Origin: Lama glama
Lineage: Eukaryota
DNA length: 64,000 nt
NCBI GenBank assembly: GCA_028534125.1
Contig: CM052832.1
Span: 8,186,001 to 8,250,000 of the forward strand
Direction of reading: 5' to 3'
This document shows, piece by piece, positions 36,566-48,999 of the stretch. Position numbers and translations under genes: made by a program. The notes under the pieces were generated by a model. It did no database searches, had not been told where the DNA came from, and saw only the letters and a list, made by a program, of their open reading frames with translations. The first letter of the stretch is position 1. The number at the start of each line of letters is the position of its first letter.

Positions 36566-36884
36566 CTAGCTACTATTGTGGAATTCTCCATTTCTCTCTT
36601 TAATTCTGTCAGGTTTTGTGTATTTTGGGGCTCTGCTATTGGGTGGCATATGTATTGGGAGCATATGTGTTTAATTATTATGTCATTTTAATGAATTGAT
36701 GCTTTCACCATTATAAAATATCTCTATCCTTAGTATATTTTTATCTTAAAATCTATTTTATCCAATATTGATATGGATACTGTACCTCTCTTATAGTTAC
36801 TGTTTGCATGGTGTGTATTTTTTCCTTCTTCTCCTTTCAACCTATTTGTGTCTATGGATCTAAAATGTCTCTTGTGTGGGTGTT

Positions 36885-37022
36885 GGGGGAGGGTATAGCG
36901 CAGTGGTAGAGTGTGTGCTTAGCATGCACGAGGTCCTGGGTTCAATCCTCAGTTCCTCCATTAAAAATAAATAAAATTTAAAAAAAGGAACTAATTACCT
37001 CCTTCCCTCACCTCCCGCAAAG
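36885..37022 (+). mobile_element. tRNA-Ala(AGC)-derived SINE, camelid Vic-1-like
   Basis: ggggagggtatagcgcagtggtagag...cttagcatgcacgaggtcctgggttcaatcc (A box ~36896, B box 36939-36948); A-rich segment then aactaattacctcc; TSD taaaatgtctcttgt 36861-36875 / taaactgtctcttgt 37023-37037. Confidence 0.88.
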
Positions 37023-40000
37023 TAAACTGTCTCTTGTAGGCAGTGAATAATTGAGTCTTGTTTTTTCGATCTGGTCTGATAATGTTTAAGGCATTCACAT
37101 TTAGTATAGTTATTGACGTGGTTGGATTTATCTCTGCAATTTTGTTGTTTTTTCCTATATGCTTCATGTTTTTTGTTGTTGTGCTTCTGTTCTTCCTTTA
37201 CTATTTTCTTTTGTGTTAAATATTTTTCTGATGTACATTTTAATTCTTCTGTTGTTGTTTCTTTATTATATTTTTGAGTTATTAATCTCAGTTGTTTTAG
37301 AGATTGCAGTATGCAATTTACCACAATATACTTCAGATTAACACTAACTCAGTTCTAGTAAATTATCAAAACTTTGCTCCAATATAGCTCAATTTCCTCC
37401 CTTACCCTTTGTGCTATTATTGTCACGTGTATTATATCAATATATGTTATAAACCCAATAATAGTGTTATTGCTTTATATATTACATATTTTTAAAAATT
37501 TAAGAGAAGAAAGGAGAAAAATACATTTATAGAATTTTTTATATCAACGCACATATTTATCATTTCTGGTACTCTTCATTTTCTTCTGTGAATTCAACTT
37601 ACTATCTGGTGTCCTTGCCTTTCTCCAGTATAACTCTATTCCCTCTTTATGTTATAAACCCAAGAATTGTTTTTTAAATCAGTTAAGAGTATAAAAGAGA
37701 AGAATGTATTTGTAGCATCTTTGTGTTTACCTATATAATTGCCTTTTTGGGGTGCTTTTTATTTCTTTGTATGGATTTGAGTTACTGTCTAGTGTCACTC
37801 CCTTTTACTCCGAGGGACTTCCTTTAGTATTTTTATAAGGCAGGCCTATTAGCCACAAATTCTCACTCTTTGTCTGGGAGTGTCTTTATTACACTTTCAT
37901 TTTTGAATGATACTTTTATTGGACATAGACTTCTTGATTGACAGGATTTTTTTTTTCTTTCAGCTCTTTGAATATGCCATCTCACTCCTTCTGGCCTCCA
38001 TTGTTTCTGATACAAAATCAGGGTTAATTTTATTGTGGTTCCCTGTATGAAGCTACATTTTTCTCTTGCTGCTTTCAAGATTTTCTCTGTCTTTCAATAG
38101 TTTTACTATGATGTCTGTGGATCTTTTTGTGTTTCTTCTACCTGGACTTTGTTTGGTTATGTAAATTAGTGTCTTTCATCCAGTTTGGGAATTTGGAGAC
38201 CATTATTTCTTCAAAAAAATTTTTTTTGCCTCTCTCCTCTTCTTCTGGACCTCCCATTGTACGCTGTATGTTCAATGATGTTCCACAGGCATCTGAGGCT
38301 CTGTTCATTTTTTTTCTTTCTGTTCTTTAGACTGAATAATCTCAACTGTTCTATCTTCAAGTTTGCTGATTCTTTATTCTTCCAGCTCAAAAATGCTATT
38401 GAACCTGTCTAATGAGTTTTTAATTTTAGTTATTTACTTTTCAATTCCAGAATTTCCATTAGGGTTTAAAATATAGATATAAATAATATAAATATATATA
38501 CACACACATACTTACAGTCTTTTTACTGATATTCTCTTTTTGATGAATCATTTGATGAGTCTTTCTTTTAATTCTTTATACATGGTTTCCTTTAGTTCTT
38601 TGAACATATTTGTAATGACTGCTTTGAAGTCTTTGCCAGCTAAGTGCAACATGCAGACCACCTCAGAGGCTGTTCCTATTAACTACTTTCTCCCTCTGAA
38701 TGGATCTCATTTTCCTGTTTCTTTGCATGTCTTGTAATTTTTTGCTGAAAACTGGACATTTTAGATAATACATTGTAGCAGCTCTGAGTCCTGACTCCCC
38801 ATGATCACAACCAGGGTTGTTGTTTTTGAGTTTTATGTTTGTTGTTTGTTTGTTTTAGTGACTCACTGAGACTAATTCTGTGGAGTCTGTCTTCCTCACA
38901 GTGTGAGGCTGCTGCTGTCTCTGCTCAGTTTATTTTTAAAATTCGCTTTATTTTTAAGCCTGGCTTCCTAGGAATTGTTGCAGGGTCAGCATAGCTTAGT
39001 GTTCTACCAATGATTGGTCAGAAATTGTGCTTAAACACCTTGATCCAGTTAGGCTTCTATCCTCTGCCAGTGCATCCGTGGGTGAGTTGGGAAACACATT
39101 CAAGATCTAGGCAGTTTACTAATCTGCCTCTAGTCCCTGTGTGCTTAGCCAGAGATGAGTTGATAGCTGAGGCCCTCTCCAGTCTCATCTTAGTGTGCAC
39201 ACAGCCTTCCATACCCCCAGAGATATATGGGAGCTTATCTAGGCTCACTATGGCTTTCTTGTTCCTGGATATCCCTGTTAAATGTTTTGCTGCTCTGCTG
39301 ATTTGTTTCTTGCCCCAGCCAGTATTATACTTCAGGCTAGCTGTAATGTTGGCTTTAATGTACATAATTTTAAAGAAATACACCTATACCAAGTGCGTGC
39401 TCATATCATATTTCCCGGTAAGGGTGCACAATGAAACAAGTCTGTCAATGGCTGGTCCACCTCAGGACATCTCTAACTGATCTGCCCTGGCTGGGGGCTC
39501 TGTCTGGATGCTGAGCTCTGGACCTGGCATCCCTTGGGCAGAGTCTAGGGGACACTTGAGAAGAGCTGTTGCAGCAACAGGATTCTCCAGGAGGCATCTC
39601 AGAGGCAAGTGGTGGTCATCCAAGGTGGTTGAACTTGACTCCCTAGGACAGCCAGCCCTGCCCATCCTGGCTGGGTCTTTGCCCTCTTAGGGATGCAGGC
39701 CTGGCGGCTCTATTAGCAGGCCTGAAGTGGGGAGCCAGGTGCCCTCTACACTGGCTTCCAGTCACCAGAAGCCTGCCAGGCACTCAGGAGGAAGATCTAA
39801 CAGAGCCAAGAGAACGCTCAATTCCCACAGGGCAGGGCTTAGCAAGTGGGGGGTGGTCACCCAGGAAGCGGCTGGCTCCTGCTCCAGAAGCCCAGGCTGG
39901 AGAAGACTGGGACCTGTGGCCTCCTCAGCCCCCTGGGTACTCACTGAGAAGACAGGGAGTCAGAGAGCAGCCCCTCCCCCCGGGCACTGCCCCTGTCCTT

Positions 40001-40430
40001 GGGGTGGGCACGTAGAGAGGCCCGTGCCCGTGAGCTGAAGGTCAGTGTGCGGGTGGGAGGGGTGGAAGGCAGAGGGGAAAGCTGGGCCGACAGTCACGTA
40101 GGCTGATGTTATTGGTCACTCCGCCTCCCTGGGGTATCGTTTTCCTCATGGCCAAGCCTGTAGCTGAGTTCAGGGGGGCAGTCACGTCCCATCTCTGGCA
40201 CGGCTCTTAGGCCACTCACAGTGCTGCCTCTGGGGCTGCTGAGGTCAGGGTGGCACTTGCCAGCACTGCCTAGTCTCAGCTCAGCTCCAAAGGTGGGGAA
40301 GGGGAGCCTAGGGAGTAGAAGCGTGGCAGGGACAGGTGCCTGGGGGCTGGGAGTGGCCAGGCTGCTGGGAAGGTGTCCTGGGGTACCTGGGGGGCTAAGA
40401 TGGGTTTATATCAGGTGAGCAGCAGAACAA

Positions 40431-40593
40431 CTCAGGAACTCTCAGTCTGAAGGGGGGACAGCCCCTGCCCACAGGCAGCTCCCAGTCTGAGGGAGATGAC
40501 ACAGCCCCTGCCCTTAGGGACTTTCCAGTCTGATGGGAGAGATGGTCCCTGTTCTCAGGGAGTCCCTGGCTGGTGGAGGAGACACAACCCCTG
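40431..40593. repeat. Tandem array of a ~40-bp unit (cagtctga.ggg.gacacagcccctgccct.aggga..), ~4 copies
   Basis: cagtctga anchors at 40443, 40483 and 40526, degenerate copy ~40565. Confidence 0.75.
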
Positions 40594-41104
40594 TTGACCG
40601 ACAGTGGCTGGGTCTGAGCTGAGCTTGGTGGTGGCTGGGATTAGAACCCCCTCCCCGTCCTCTCCCCCAGTGTAAGACTCCCAGCTCATCCAGAACGGAC
40701 CCTTTGGAGGAGCCCTTGCTCAGACCCTGGGAAGGCCTGGCAGGTGCCCCACATGTGACTGCCCACATGCAATAGGGAGGGGCTGCCAGAGCCTATGTGC
40801 AGACAGACAGCGGCGTCCCCGTGTCTGAGTGCGTCCTTGGGGCTGGGTCCAGCAGAGGGAGCTGGCAGCCAGCGGGAGCTGAGCAAGCCAGCCCTGACCC
40901 CGAGATGGCCTTGAGGTGCTCCCGCTGCCCACCCAGGGTGGGGGATTCACCCCGTGGCTGGAGCTGGAGTGGCCGGCAGCATACGTGGGGGCCCAGGCGT
41001 CCTCAGCCCACCCCAACACCAGGGCTGCCGCACAGAGACCCCTCCACAGAATCCCAAATTCCACACTTCAGCTGGGCCTATGGAGTCTTTCCCACGGTCC
41101 CGGG

Positions 41105-41275
41105 ATAGGTAGAAAGGCAAGGGCTCAGAGCCCTGGGTGTTCTGCTCCCTCTCTTACTATTTCTGTGACTCCGGGCAAGTTATATAGTCTCTCTGGGTCT
41201 CAGTTTCTTCATCTATAAAACGGGCTGCTGTGGAGGGAAAGTGCATGGAAGGCTCCTGGCACAAAGGAGGTGCCA
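41105..41275 (+). mobile_element. MIR SINE
   Basis: ctgtgactccgggcaagttat...ctctctgggtctcagtttcttcatctataaaa. Confidence 0.85.
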
Positions 41276-41654
41276 GTTAGGGCAACTTCCCTTCTCCTCA
41301 TTCCATTCTTCTCTGCTTCACACAGGGGACATCTCCCTGAGCTGAGGCTGAAAGCCCGGAGGGAAGGCCAGCCAAGGTCAGGTGGCACTAGCCAGGGCAA
41401 ACTTCCTTTGGAGTTGGATTTGGGGCGATGCTTCCTCTCAGCCCCTAACACAGACACGTCAGACTGCAGCCAGGATGAGGTGGCACCGATGGGGGGAGGG
41501 GCATGACCCCATCGACTCTTCACGTAGCACCTTGCCTAGCAACCCTTCCACTCACATGTTCCTGGCTACAGGTCAGCGCCCAGTGGCCTTTACTGGGCTC
41601 TTCCCACCTGCTTCAGTGCTGAGGTCTCCTTGGGGCGTTCCCTCCCTTTCCTGC

Positions 41655-42180
41655 TCAGTATGTTTATTGAGCATTTACTACGTGCCAAGTCCTCTTCTAG
41701 GCACACAGGAGACAGCAGTGAGCAAAACAGAGGTCATTTTCATCACGTAGCTGGCATTCTAGTGGGAGGTGAAAACATTAAACAAAATAAATATATTAGA
41801 AGGTGGTAAGTCCTCTGGATCAAAATAAAGAAGGACTGAGAGATAGGACAGTGAGTGTAAGGGGGTGATACAACCTTAATAGAGAAATCAGGGAAAGCTA
41901 CACTGAGAAGGTAACATTGAGTAAAGACCTGAAAGGGAAAACTATGAGCAAAACTTGGAGAAAACATTCCATGAGAGGGAACAGCGCGTGTAAAGGCCCT
42001 GGGGTGGGAGTAGAGCTGGCTTCTTTGAGGAACAGCCGATATGGAATGAGTGAGAGAGGGAGTAGAGGCAGATGAGGTCAGAGAGGTAGGAGGGAACAGA
42101 TCCTAATGGGCTGGTAGGCCATTGTCAGGATTCAGGGAAGAGAGACAGGAGGCACTTCCTTTTCTCCAATGGACAATGGG
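41655..42180 (-). mobile_element. L2a 3' region
   Basis: tgtttattgagcatttactacgtgcca...gagacagcagtgagcaaaacag...actgagaaggtaacattgag.aaagacctgaa...gatgaggtcagagaggta. Confidence 0.9.
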
Positions 42181-45100
42181 ACAGTAAGGAAATGCCTCCT
42201 GCTTTAATAAAAATGAGCCCCAGAACATCCAAGGTTGGAACTGGAAATATCCTCCTGATTGAGAGAGGCAGCTTGGTGCATGAGGACCTGCCCACTTCGG
42301 AGTCTCACCAGATTCTGGTGCCATCTCACATTGGTCTTGGGAGAGGGGCGTGGCTGCTCAAGGAAGTGTCGAGAGCACGCCGAGGGCAAGGGTGTCCTGG
42401 CGATCCTGTATCCTCAGTGCCTGGACTTATCAGAGGTGCTCAGCACAGCCCAGTTGAATGAAGACTCAGTTGAAGGAGGGAGTGAATGACTGAGTGATGG
42501 ACACAGGCCCTGGCCCTTCATTCCCCATCATGACAGAGACCAGGCTGGAAGGTTTCAAATGCTGTGGGTGTTGCACTCGGAGAGAACCAGGCCTCTGAGA
42601 TGGTGTGGCCAATGGGGCTTCACCTATTTTTCCACATGGGGCCTCTTGCAGGGGTATCTCTACCAGCTCCTAGGTAGCATTTTTATGGTGGAGCCACATT
42701 CCACATCCCACCACACCCTGCCCCCAAACACACACATCTCAGACACCCAGCACCTTCAGAGACCAAACGTGCGTCAGGATCTCCATCCCCTGAAATCCAG
42801 CATCTTGTCTGAGGTCCATCTCTTTCTTCCTTGAGCCACATCAGAAGGTGCCACCCATTGTGGGGAGCTCTCCTGAACCCCCACACAGGACGGTGGCCTT
42901 GCAGACCTCAACAGAAGAATGACCCCAGCCTCAGGCAGGGGTGGGTTGTGGCCCAGAGCCGGGTAATGATATTGATGACAACAGCAGCGACTTGCATTCA
43001 TCAAGCTCTGGCTATGCCCCTGACTCCGTCCTAAACATGCCACCCACTTTACCTCACCAAGCTCCAGGGGCCTCCATGTGCCTATCAAGGGGGCTGGGGC
43101 TTTGAAAAGTCAAAGGACTTTTCTAGGGGCACTTCCTGGGTGGGAGCAGAAGGCCTGCAGGGCTCCAGGCCCTGGAGCATCTAAACAGAGGGTTTCAGCC
43201 CGAAGCCCACCATCTCCGTGAGACCCCAGCTGAGTATGTCAAACTCCAGGCCCACCCTCCAGAGGAGAGGCTGGGGTCCTGGAAGTGAGGGGATGTAAGC
43301 TGGGAGAGCTGGACCAGCGAGACTGAGTGGCTCCCTGATGTCCCTGGTCCTTGGCTGCTCTGCTGGGAGAGTGGAGGTGGCTGTCGTGGCTCAGGGCTCG
43401 GGTGCTCCCAGGGCACGTGCTGCTTCTCCGGGCTCTGAGGCTGCCTGCTGCTCACCCTTCACCTCTGGGCCAGCTGGGCCCACTGGGGAGGGAGGCTGCC
43501 AGCAGGGCCAGGCCCAGCCTCCCCGCCTGGGCTGAGCATGGGTCTCCTGCCTGCAGAAAACAGATCTGGGGAACCCACAGAATCTTCCAGAGCCTGTGCC
43601 TCCTCCCCTGGCAGAGGAAGCTGAGAGTGGGGTCCTGCTCACTCCAGGGCTCAGCTGCCCTCTTGGGGTCAGCAGCACTGCCGCCCTGCCTGCCGGCTCA
43701 CGGGAGGTGAGAGGATAGCGGGCAGGAAAGCTGCATAGAGATCTGTAAATTCACCAGTTCACACAATTTCACCACCGTTCCCAGCTGGGTGGCCTGTCTC
43801 CTCTGAACTTGAATGCCCAGGAACCATACTTCTCACCTGGGCACAGCTCACCTCGCCCTTGACTGAGTCATTTGTGCACATTTCTGACCCCCGAGTGTAG
43901 ACAAGCCCGGGGGTGTGTGGAGAGGGCAGGATTCAGGTGGGAGTCCACTCCCAGCACAGGGCCTGGTACAGAGCGAGCTCCCCTCCCACCCCTTTCCCTT
44001 CCAGAGAACAGCAGGATAGACGTGGGCGAGGGGTGGGGAGGAGATGGGGTGGGGTGGACGTGTTCAGGGAACGGTAGGAGGAGTCTGGCCTCCTGGCTCT
44101 GCCCAACTGCTCTGACCTCCTGTTTGTCTCCCTTTGGAATGTTTGAGAATAAAGGTGATGCCTTTGGGGACACGTGCTCAGGCCATCCCACCAAAGACTC
44201 TACGGGTCTCAGAACCCAGAGCTAGCAGGATGGAAGGACATGCTCCTGATAGAAACTGGCAGAGGGAAAACCTGCAGAAGCGACCCTGGCATGTGCAGCT
44301 GCCTGATCACAAGCCACCACGGCGGCTAGTGGCGGCCAGGTGTTTGTGCGTTTCCTCCAGGGCAGGAGCTGGGTCATATTCCTTCGTGTCCCCAGTGCCT
44401 AGTGCAGGGTCTGGTCTACAACATGCCCATAACACGTGACTGTTGAACAAATTTGGCCCTTGCTCATGTGAGCACCAGCTGAAAATGACAGTGTCCTCCC
44501 ATTGTGAATGCTCACTCAGCAGTGAGCTCAAGGATGTGGGGCCATGGGTGATGGGCATCCTGGACTCCAGGAAAGGAAGGATCCCATGGCTTTACACTGT
44601 GGGAGGCACTGAGAGCCAGGAAGGATGCAAGGCTGGGAGGTGGGTCCCTTCCCAAACCATCGTAGCCAGGCTTATGTGGAGGGAGGAGGGCGCACCTCGG
44701 GAGGCACCAGGGGTGGAGAAGGTGCTGAAACAAACTCCATTTTGAAAGTCCACATTCAAAATCTGGTAAAATGAACTCTTGGCCAAATACCAGCGTGTGG
44801 CTCACCCTGCAGAGAGCAAAGATGCTATGGCAGGGGAGCTGAGATTTCAGGGAAAAAGACCTCGGATGGCTTTCTTTCTTTAATTCTGTTGGCACAAGAA
44901 AGAGGGCCAACTCTCCCTGCAAAGAGTACAAACCAAAAGCAGAGACGAGCAAGCCCAACGAGTCCATCCTAGCGGAGAGAGGAGATGTTAGGTTGGAGCT
45001 GGCCACGTTCATGGGGCTCAAGTCTGGGGCCAGGGGGAGTTCATCTCTGGAGCTGGAAGATCCCCTCCCACCCGCTGCACATGAACACAGAATCTCAGCT

Positions 45101-45299
45101 ATGGAGGGAGGGCAGAACACCAGAGCTGGGCTGACCAGGATCTGATTTTTAAAAAGGGGAAGAGTCTATTTGGGAAATGACAAACTTCTGAGCTTAAAGC
45201 TAACCCCCAGTGAATACTTGAGAGTTGATTATTTGGCATGTGAATTCACGGATAAAGGAGACAGACTGACTTGGACAGACAGACAGCAGCAGAACCCTG

Positions 45300-45445
45300 T
45301 GGCAGACATTTAATTTCATAAACCCTCACAACGTGGAGGGGTGGGTTTTGTTACCACCAGTTGGCAGGTGAGGAAACAGGCTTCTGGAAGTTAAGTCATT
45401 TGCCCAAAGCCACACAGCTAGAAATAGGGAGATCAGCTGGACCCA
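45300..45445 (-). mobile_element. MIR SINE abutting gap
   Basis: caggtgaggaaacaggc...gttaagtcatttgcccaaagccacacagcta. Confidence 0.8.
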
Positions 45446-45449
45446 GCGC

Positions 45450-45949
45450 NNNNNNNNNNNNNNNNNNNNNNNNNNNNNNNNNNNNNNNNNNNNNNNNNNN
45501 NNNNNNNNNNNNNNNNNNNNNNNNNNNNNNNNNNNNNNNNNNNNNNNNNNNNNNNNNNNNNNNNNNNNNNNNNNNNNNNNNNNNNNNNNNNNNNNNNNNN
45601 NNNNNNNNNNNNNNNNNNNNNNNNNNNNNNNNNNNNNNNNNNNNNNNNNNNNNNNNNNNNNNNNNNNNNNNNNNNNNNNNNNNNNNNNNNNNNNNNNNNN
45701 NNNNNNNNNNNNNNNNNNNNNNNNNNNNNNNNNNNNNNNNNNNNNNNNNNNNNNNNNNNNNNNNNNNNNNNNNNNNNNNNNNNNNNNNNNNNNNNNNNNN
45801 NNNNNNNNNNNNNNNNNNNNNNNNNNNNNNNNNNNNNNNNNNNNNNNNNNNNNNNNNNNNNNNNNNNNNNNNNNNNNNNNNNNNNNNNNNNNNNNNNNNN
45901 NNNNNNNNNNNNNNNNNNNNNNNNNNNNNNNNNNNNNNNNNNNNNNNNN
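45450..45949. other. Assembly gap (500 N)
   Basis: N run. Confidence 1.
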
Positions 45950-45989
45950 GCTGGTCAGGTTGTACCCAGAATGTGGGGCCTCTCTGAGG

Positions 45990-46385
45990 GAGCCATGTCT
46001 GAGGAGAAGCACTGGTAGCTACATCAGACCTGAGGGAACAACTTGGCTAGAGTGGAGATGGGGTGGATGCTAAAGAGAGGATTGTTGAAGGGCTGGCATG
46101 TGGAAGCAGGAGGAACTTGATTACCAAAGTGCTCCAAAAATAAAACTTGGATCGATGGTTTGGAAGGTTCAGGGAGATTAATTTTGGCCTCAGGACCTTT
46201 CTAATTGTTAGAACTGAATTATGTAATAATAATATAGTATAATTATAATACATAACATATTGTACTACATAATTTAATAATATAATAAGAAGTAATTTCT
46301 AATAATTAGTACAGTAATGAGCTCTGGGTACATTCAAAGAGCTGCTGATGACATCTATCTAGGACATTGCAGAGGGCATTAGCAG
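45990..46385 (+). mobile_element. L3/CR1 3' fragment interrupted by an AT-rich low-complexity tract (~46220-46310)
   Basis: ctttctaattgttagaactg ... gtaatgagctct...attcaaag.gctg..gatgacatcta...aggacattgcagagggcatt resembles the CR1 3' end. Confidence 0.45.
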
Positions 46386-46479
46386 AATCACTAGGACCCA
46401 AAATTTTGGGCTCACATCAGGTCTGCTTTACTTACGTATTTTTATCGCAGATGCAGACAACTGACCAAATCATACTATC

Positions 46480-47260
46480 ATCATTGTTCTGTTAAAGACC
46501 CCCTTTAATGATACTTTTCTATTTTTTTCTCCTTCACCCTCGATCTCCACTCCCATTTCCCACCATCCCCAAACCCCTGCCCTCAGACCCTCATTCTATG
46601 TGCTTGATATAGGTCTTGGAATACGCATCTTTGTCTACTGAGTCATGTTGTTTTCTGCATGTTTTATAGTCTATATAAATAGTGTTAGGCTGCAACTCTC
46701 CTCTGTGCTTTACTTTCTGTGTGTTAGACATTGTATTTACAGACTTGTTTGTAGAGATGATCTGAGGCATAGAATCCTTCAGAAAGGAGTCACATTTGTC
46801 TGCTGGGTGCCTGGAGCGCTAGTAATACAGACTCATTTACTTTAATTTTAAGGACTGAGTGATTGGAAACTTGAGTTGTCTTCTGGTTTACCCCTACCTC
46901 CTAGCGTATACAGCCCTCTTGGGGTGCCTGCCCAGGGAGAGAGGGTTCATTAAGTCCCACCCCTTGGTAACCCTGAAGCTCTAATCCATGTCCTCTTAGT
47001 CCACAAGGCTGTCAGAAGAGTTGTTTAGCTTCTTGGACTCTCAGCTGACCCACCCCTTAATGGGCAAACACCCTTAGGGGGAAAATGGCCCCGAATGCCA
47101 CTCTTACTTTTCTAGGTCTCAGTCGTGGTCCGAAACTATTTGCTATCTTGTTAGCTCCCTGATGCCTTCAAGTAGATTTTTAAACTATTTTGTCCAGCTG
47201 TTCTAGTTTTTCCCAGTGGGACCATCGGTCTAACTCACTTAATCTGCCATTATTAACTCT
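46480..47260 (-). mobile_element. Decayed L1M fragments
   Basis: AT-richer block with L1M-like phrases (tttgctatcttgttagctc.ctgatgccttcaag.agat, attttgtccagc...tctagtt). Confidence 0.5.
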
Positions 47261-48519
47261 TACTTACTTAACTCTTTAAATGTCATAAACACAAGGAAAT
47301 CTGAAATCATGTTCTTCGAAAGTCCCTGTAAAAATATACCACATTGCCTTGAACCTTCTTAAACAGAGACTGACTGTAATCCAGTTTTCCCCTGAAGACT
47401 CAGGGTCCCCATTAAGCATATCCTCTATTGTAACTGAAACATGGTGATGCCTCTAGAAACTGGGGTATGTAATTTTCTTTGCCGCTGCTCTGAATTCTGA
47501 GTTCTTGGGTCTCCCTTCTATTGTTTGAATCTTCACTTTATACCTTTTGCTGTCAGTGAAAATATCCTTAACACATTATTCCCCATTCTGACTTTAAACC
47601 TTTAATACATATGTAAGTTAGATAGGCAAGTATGCTAGAACAGTGTGTAAGGTAAGAGCAAGTAGGCTCTGATTCCGGCAGGGAAAAATAGATCAGTAAA
47701 GCTCTAAAGTTTGTCATACTCTTGTCAGACAATTTTCAGGACCATCCTTAGTCTCCTCAGAAAGCTTTTGATCTTAGATCTCAGTCTAGGTGGTTGAGGT
47801 TCTCAAACATGTGGGCTCTGGATAACTGAAGTGCTGCTGCACTTGCTCTGATTTAGGTGCCCCCACTGGGAGCAGGAAGTCTGGGGGCATGACCAGTGTC
47901 CTAAAGCAGCTCAGGGGCTTTGGCCGGTGCTAGGCTGCCTTGTCTTTGTTTCCGAGGCTCCACCCTGTCTCCTGGCCAAGAAGACTCAAGAAATCCTGGC
48001 AGAGAATGCTGTTCCCTGCTGCCCTGCAGAGATGACCACTTCACAGAGAGCAGAGGGAGGAAGGAGGAGAAAAGCGAAAAGAAAGGTCCTCTTTCAGGCT
48101 TATGATGTGGAGTGGCTGTCCGACGGCCTGCCAAGAGCTGACTCACTGGGCTGGGACAAGGCACTACAGGTGCACTCAGGCCAGCAGACAATAGGCGTCT
48201 GTTGCGAACGGCCCCACACCCGAGGCAGAACCGGGGGCAGGTGGACTCAGCCCCGGCGGGAGTGTAGGGGCTGGAAGGACGGGCTTCCCAGGGCCTGGCT
48301 CTGAGCATTCACAACCATGAGGACCCTGTGATTTCATGGCCAAGGACAGGAACCCTGGACCAGGAGTCCAGAGACCCAGAGCAGCCTCTAATGTGGGCCT
48401 CATCCTAATCTCCAAGCTCTAAAGTTCTGGTTCCAACTGCTGCTAGTATGCTCTGTGATGTCTGTGATGTCAGACAGGACATACACACTTTCCAAGCCTC
48501 GTTTTACCACTTTCTGAGT

Positions 48520-48680
48520 GAATCCTTTACCCGTGGCATCTCTTCTAATCTTTACCTACTTTGAAGTAGGTGCCATTATTAGTCCTATTTACAGATGAGG
48601 AATCTGAGGCACAGATGGCCCAACGCTGCACAGCTGAGAACTAGGTTTCAGAGCCAGAGCTGTGTGAGTCTGGAGCCCAT
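48520..48680 (-). mobile_element. MIR SINE
   Basis: attattagtcctatttacagatgaggaatctgaggcacaga. Confidence 0.8.
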
Positions 48681-48999
48681 GCAAAGCCCTGAGTCATGCA
48701 GCCACCTAAATGGACCAGGCCCCAATGCTCCACATCTTGGTAAATATAGGGCCTGCTCTGGGGGTCTGGCAGAGGCAATAGGAGTGGGATGGTTAGGAAG
48801 CTTCCTGGAAGAGGGGGAGATTGAGCATCTCCTAGCACAGGGACAGGCAGCAAAGGAAGTGAGGGCTGGTGGGCAGCTGGGAGCTGAGGCTTGGATTCTT
48901 AGCTGACTCCTGCATTCGGCAGATGAAGGGTAGGGGTAAGAAGGATGGGGAGGGAGACTTACTTCTGCCTCTTTTTGGCCTTGGGGGCAGTGACCTGAG

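Larger units (their letters stand above)
36330..39355 (-). mobile_element. Old L1 (L1M) 5' half: 5' region, ORF1 and ORF2 endonuclease start; carries two nested insertions
   Basis: Minus-strand ORF 37863-38078 KAAREK..QGTTIKLT (ORF1 motif); ORF 36995-37324 KKQDSIIHCLQET (endonuclease KQDPTICCLQET motif). Confidence 0.9.

Noticed and set aside
36885..36960. tRNA-Ala gene
   Set aside because: Has an A-rich tail and TSDs, sits inside an L1 and lacks a proper acceptor stem, so it is a SINE and not a tRNA gene
36995..38078. L1 ORF1/ORF2 as functional CDS
   Set aside because: Frameshifts, stops and nested insertions; fossil only
40431..40593. CRISPR-like repeat-spacer array
   Set aside because: Units are contiguous degenerate tandem copies without unique spacers; mammalian DNA, no cas genes
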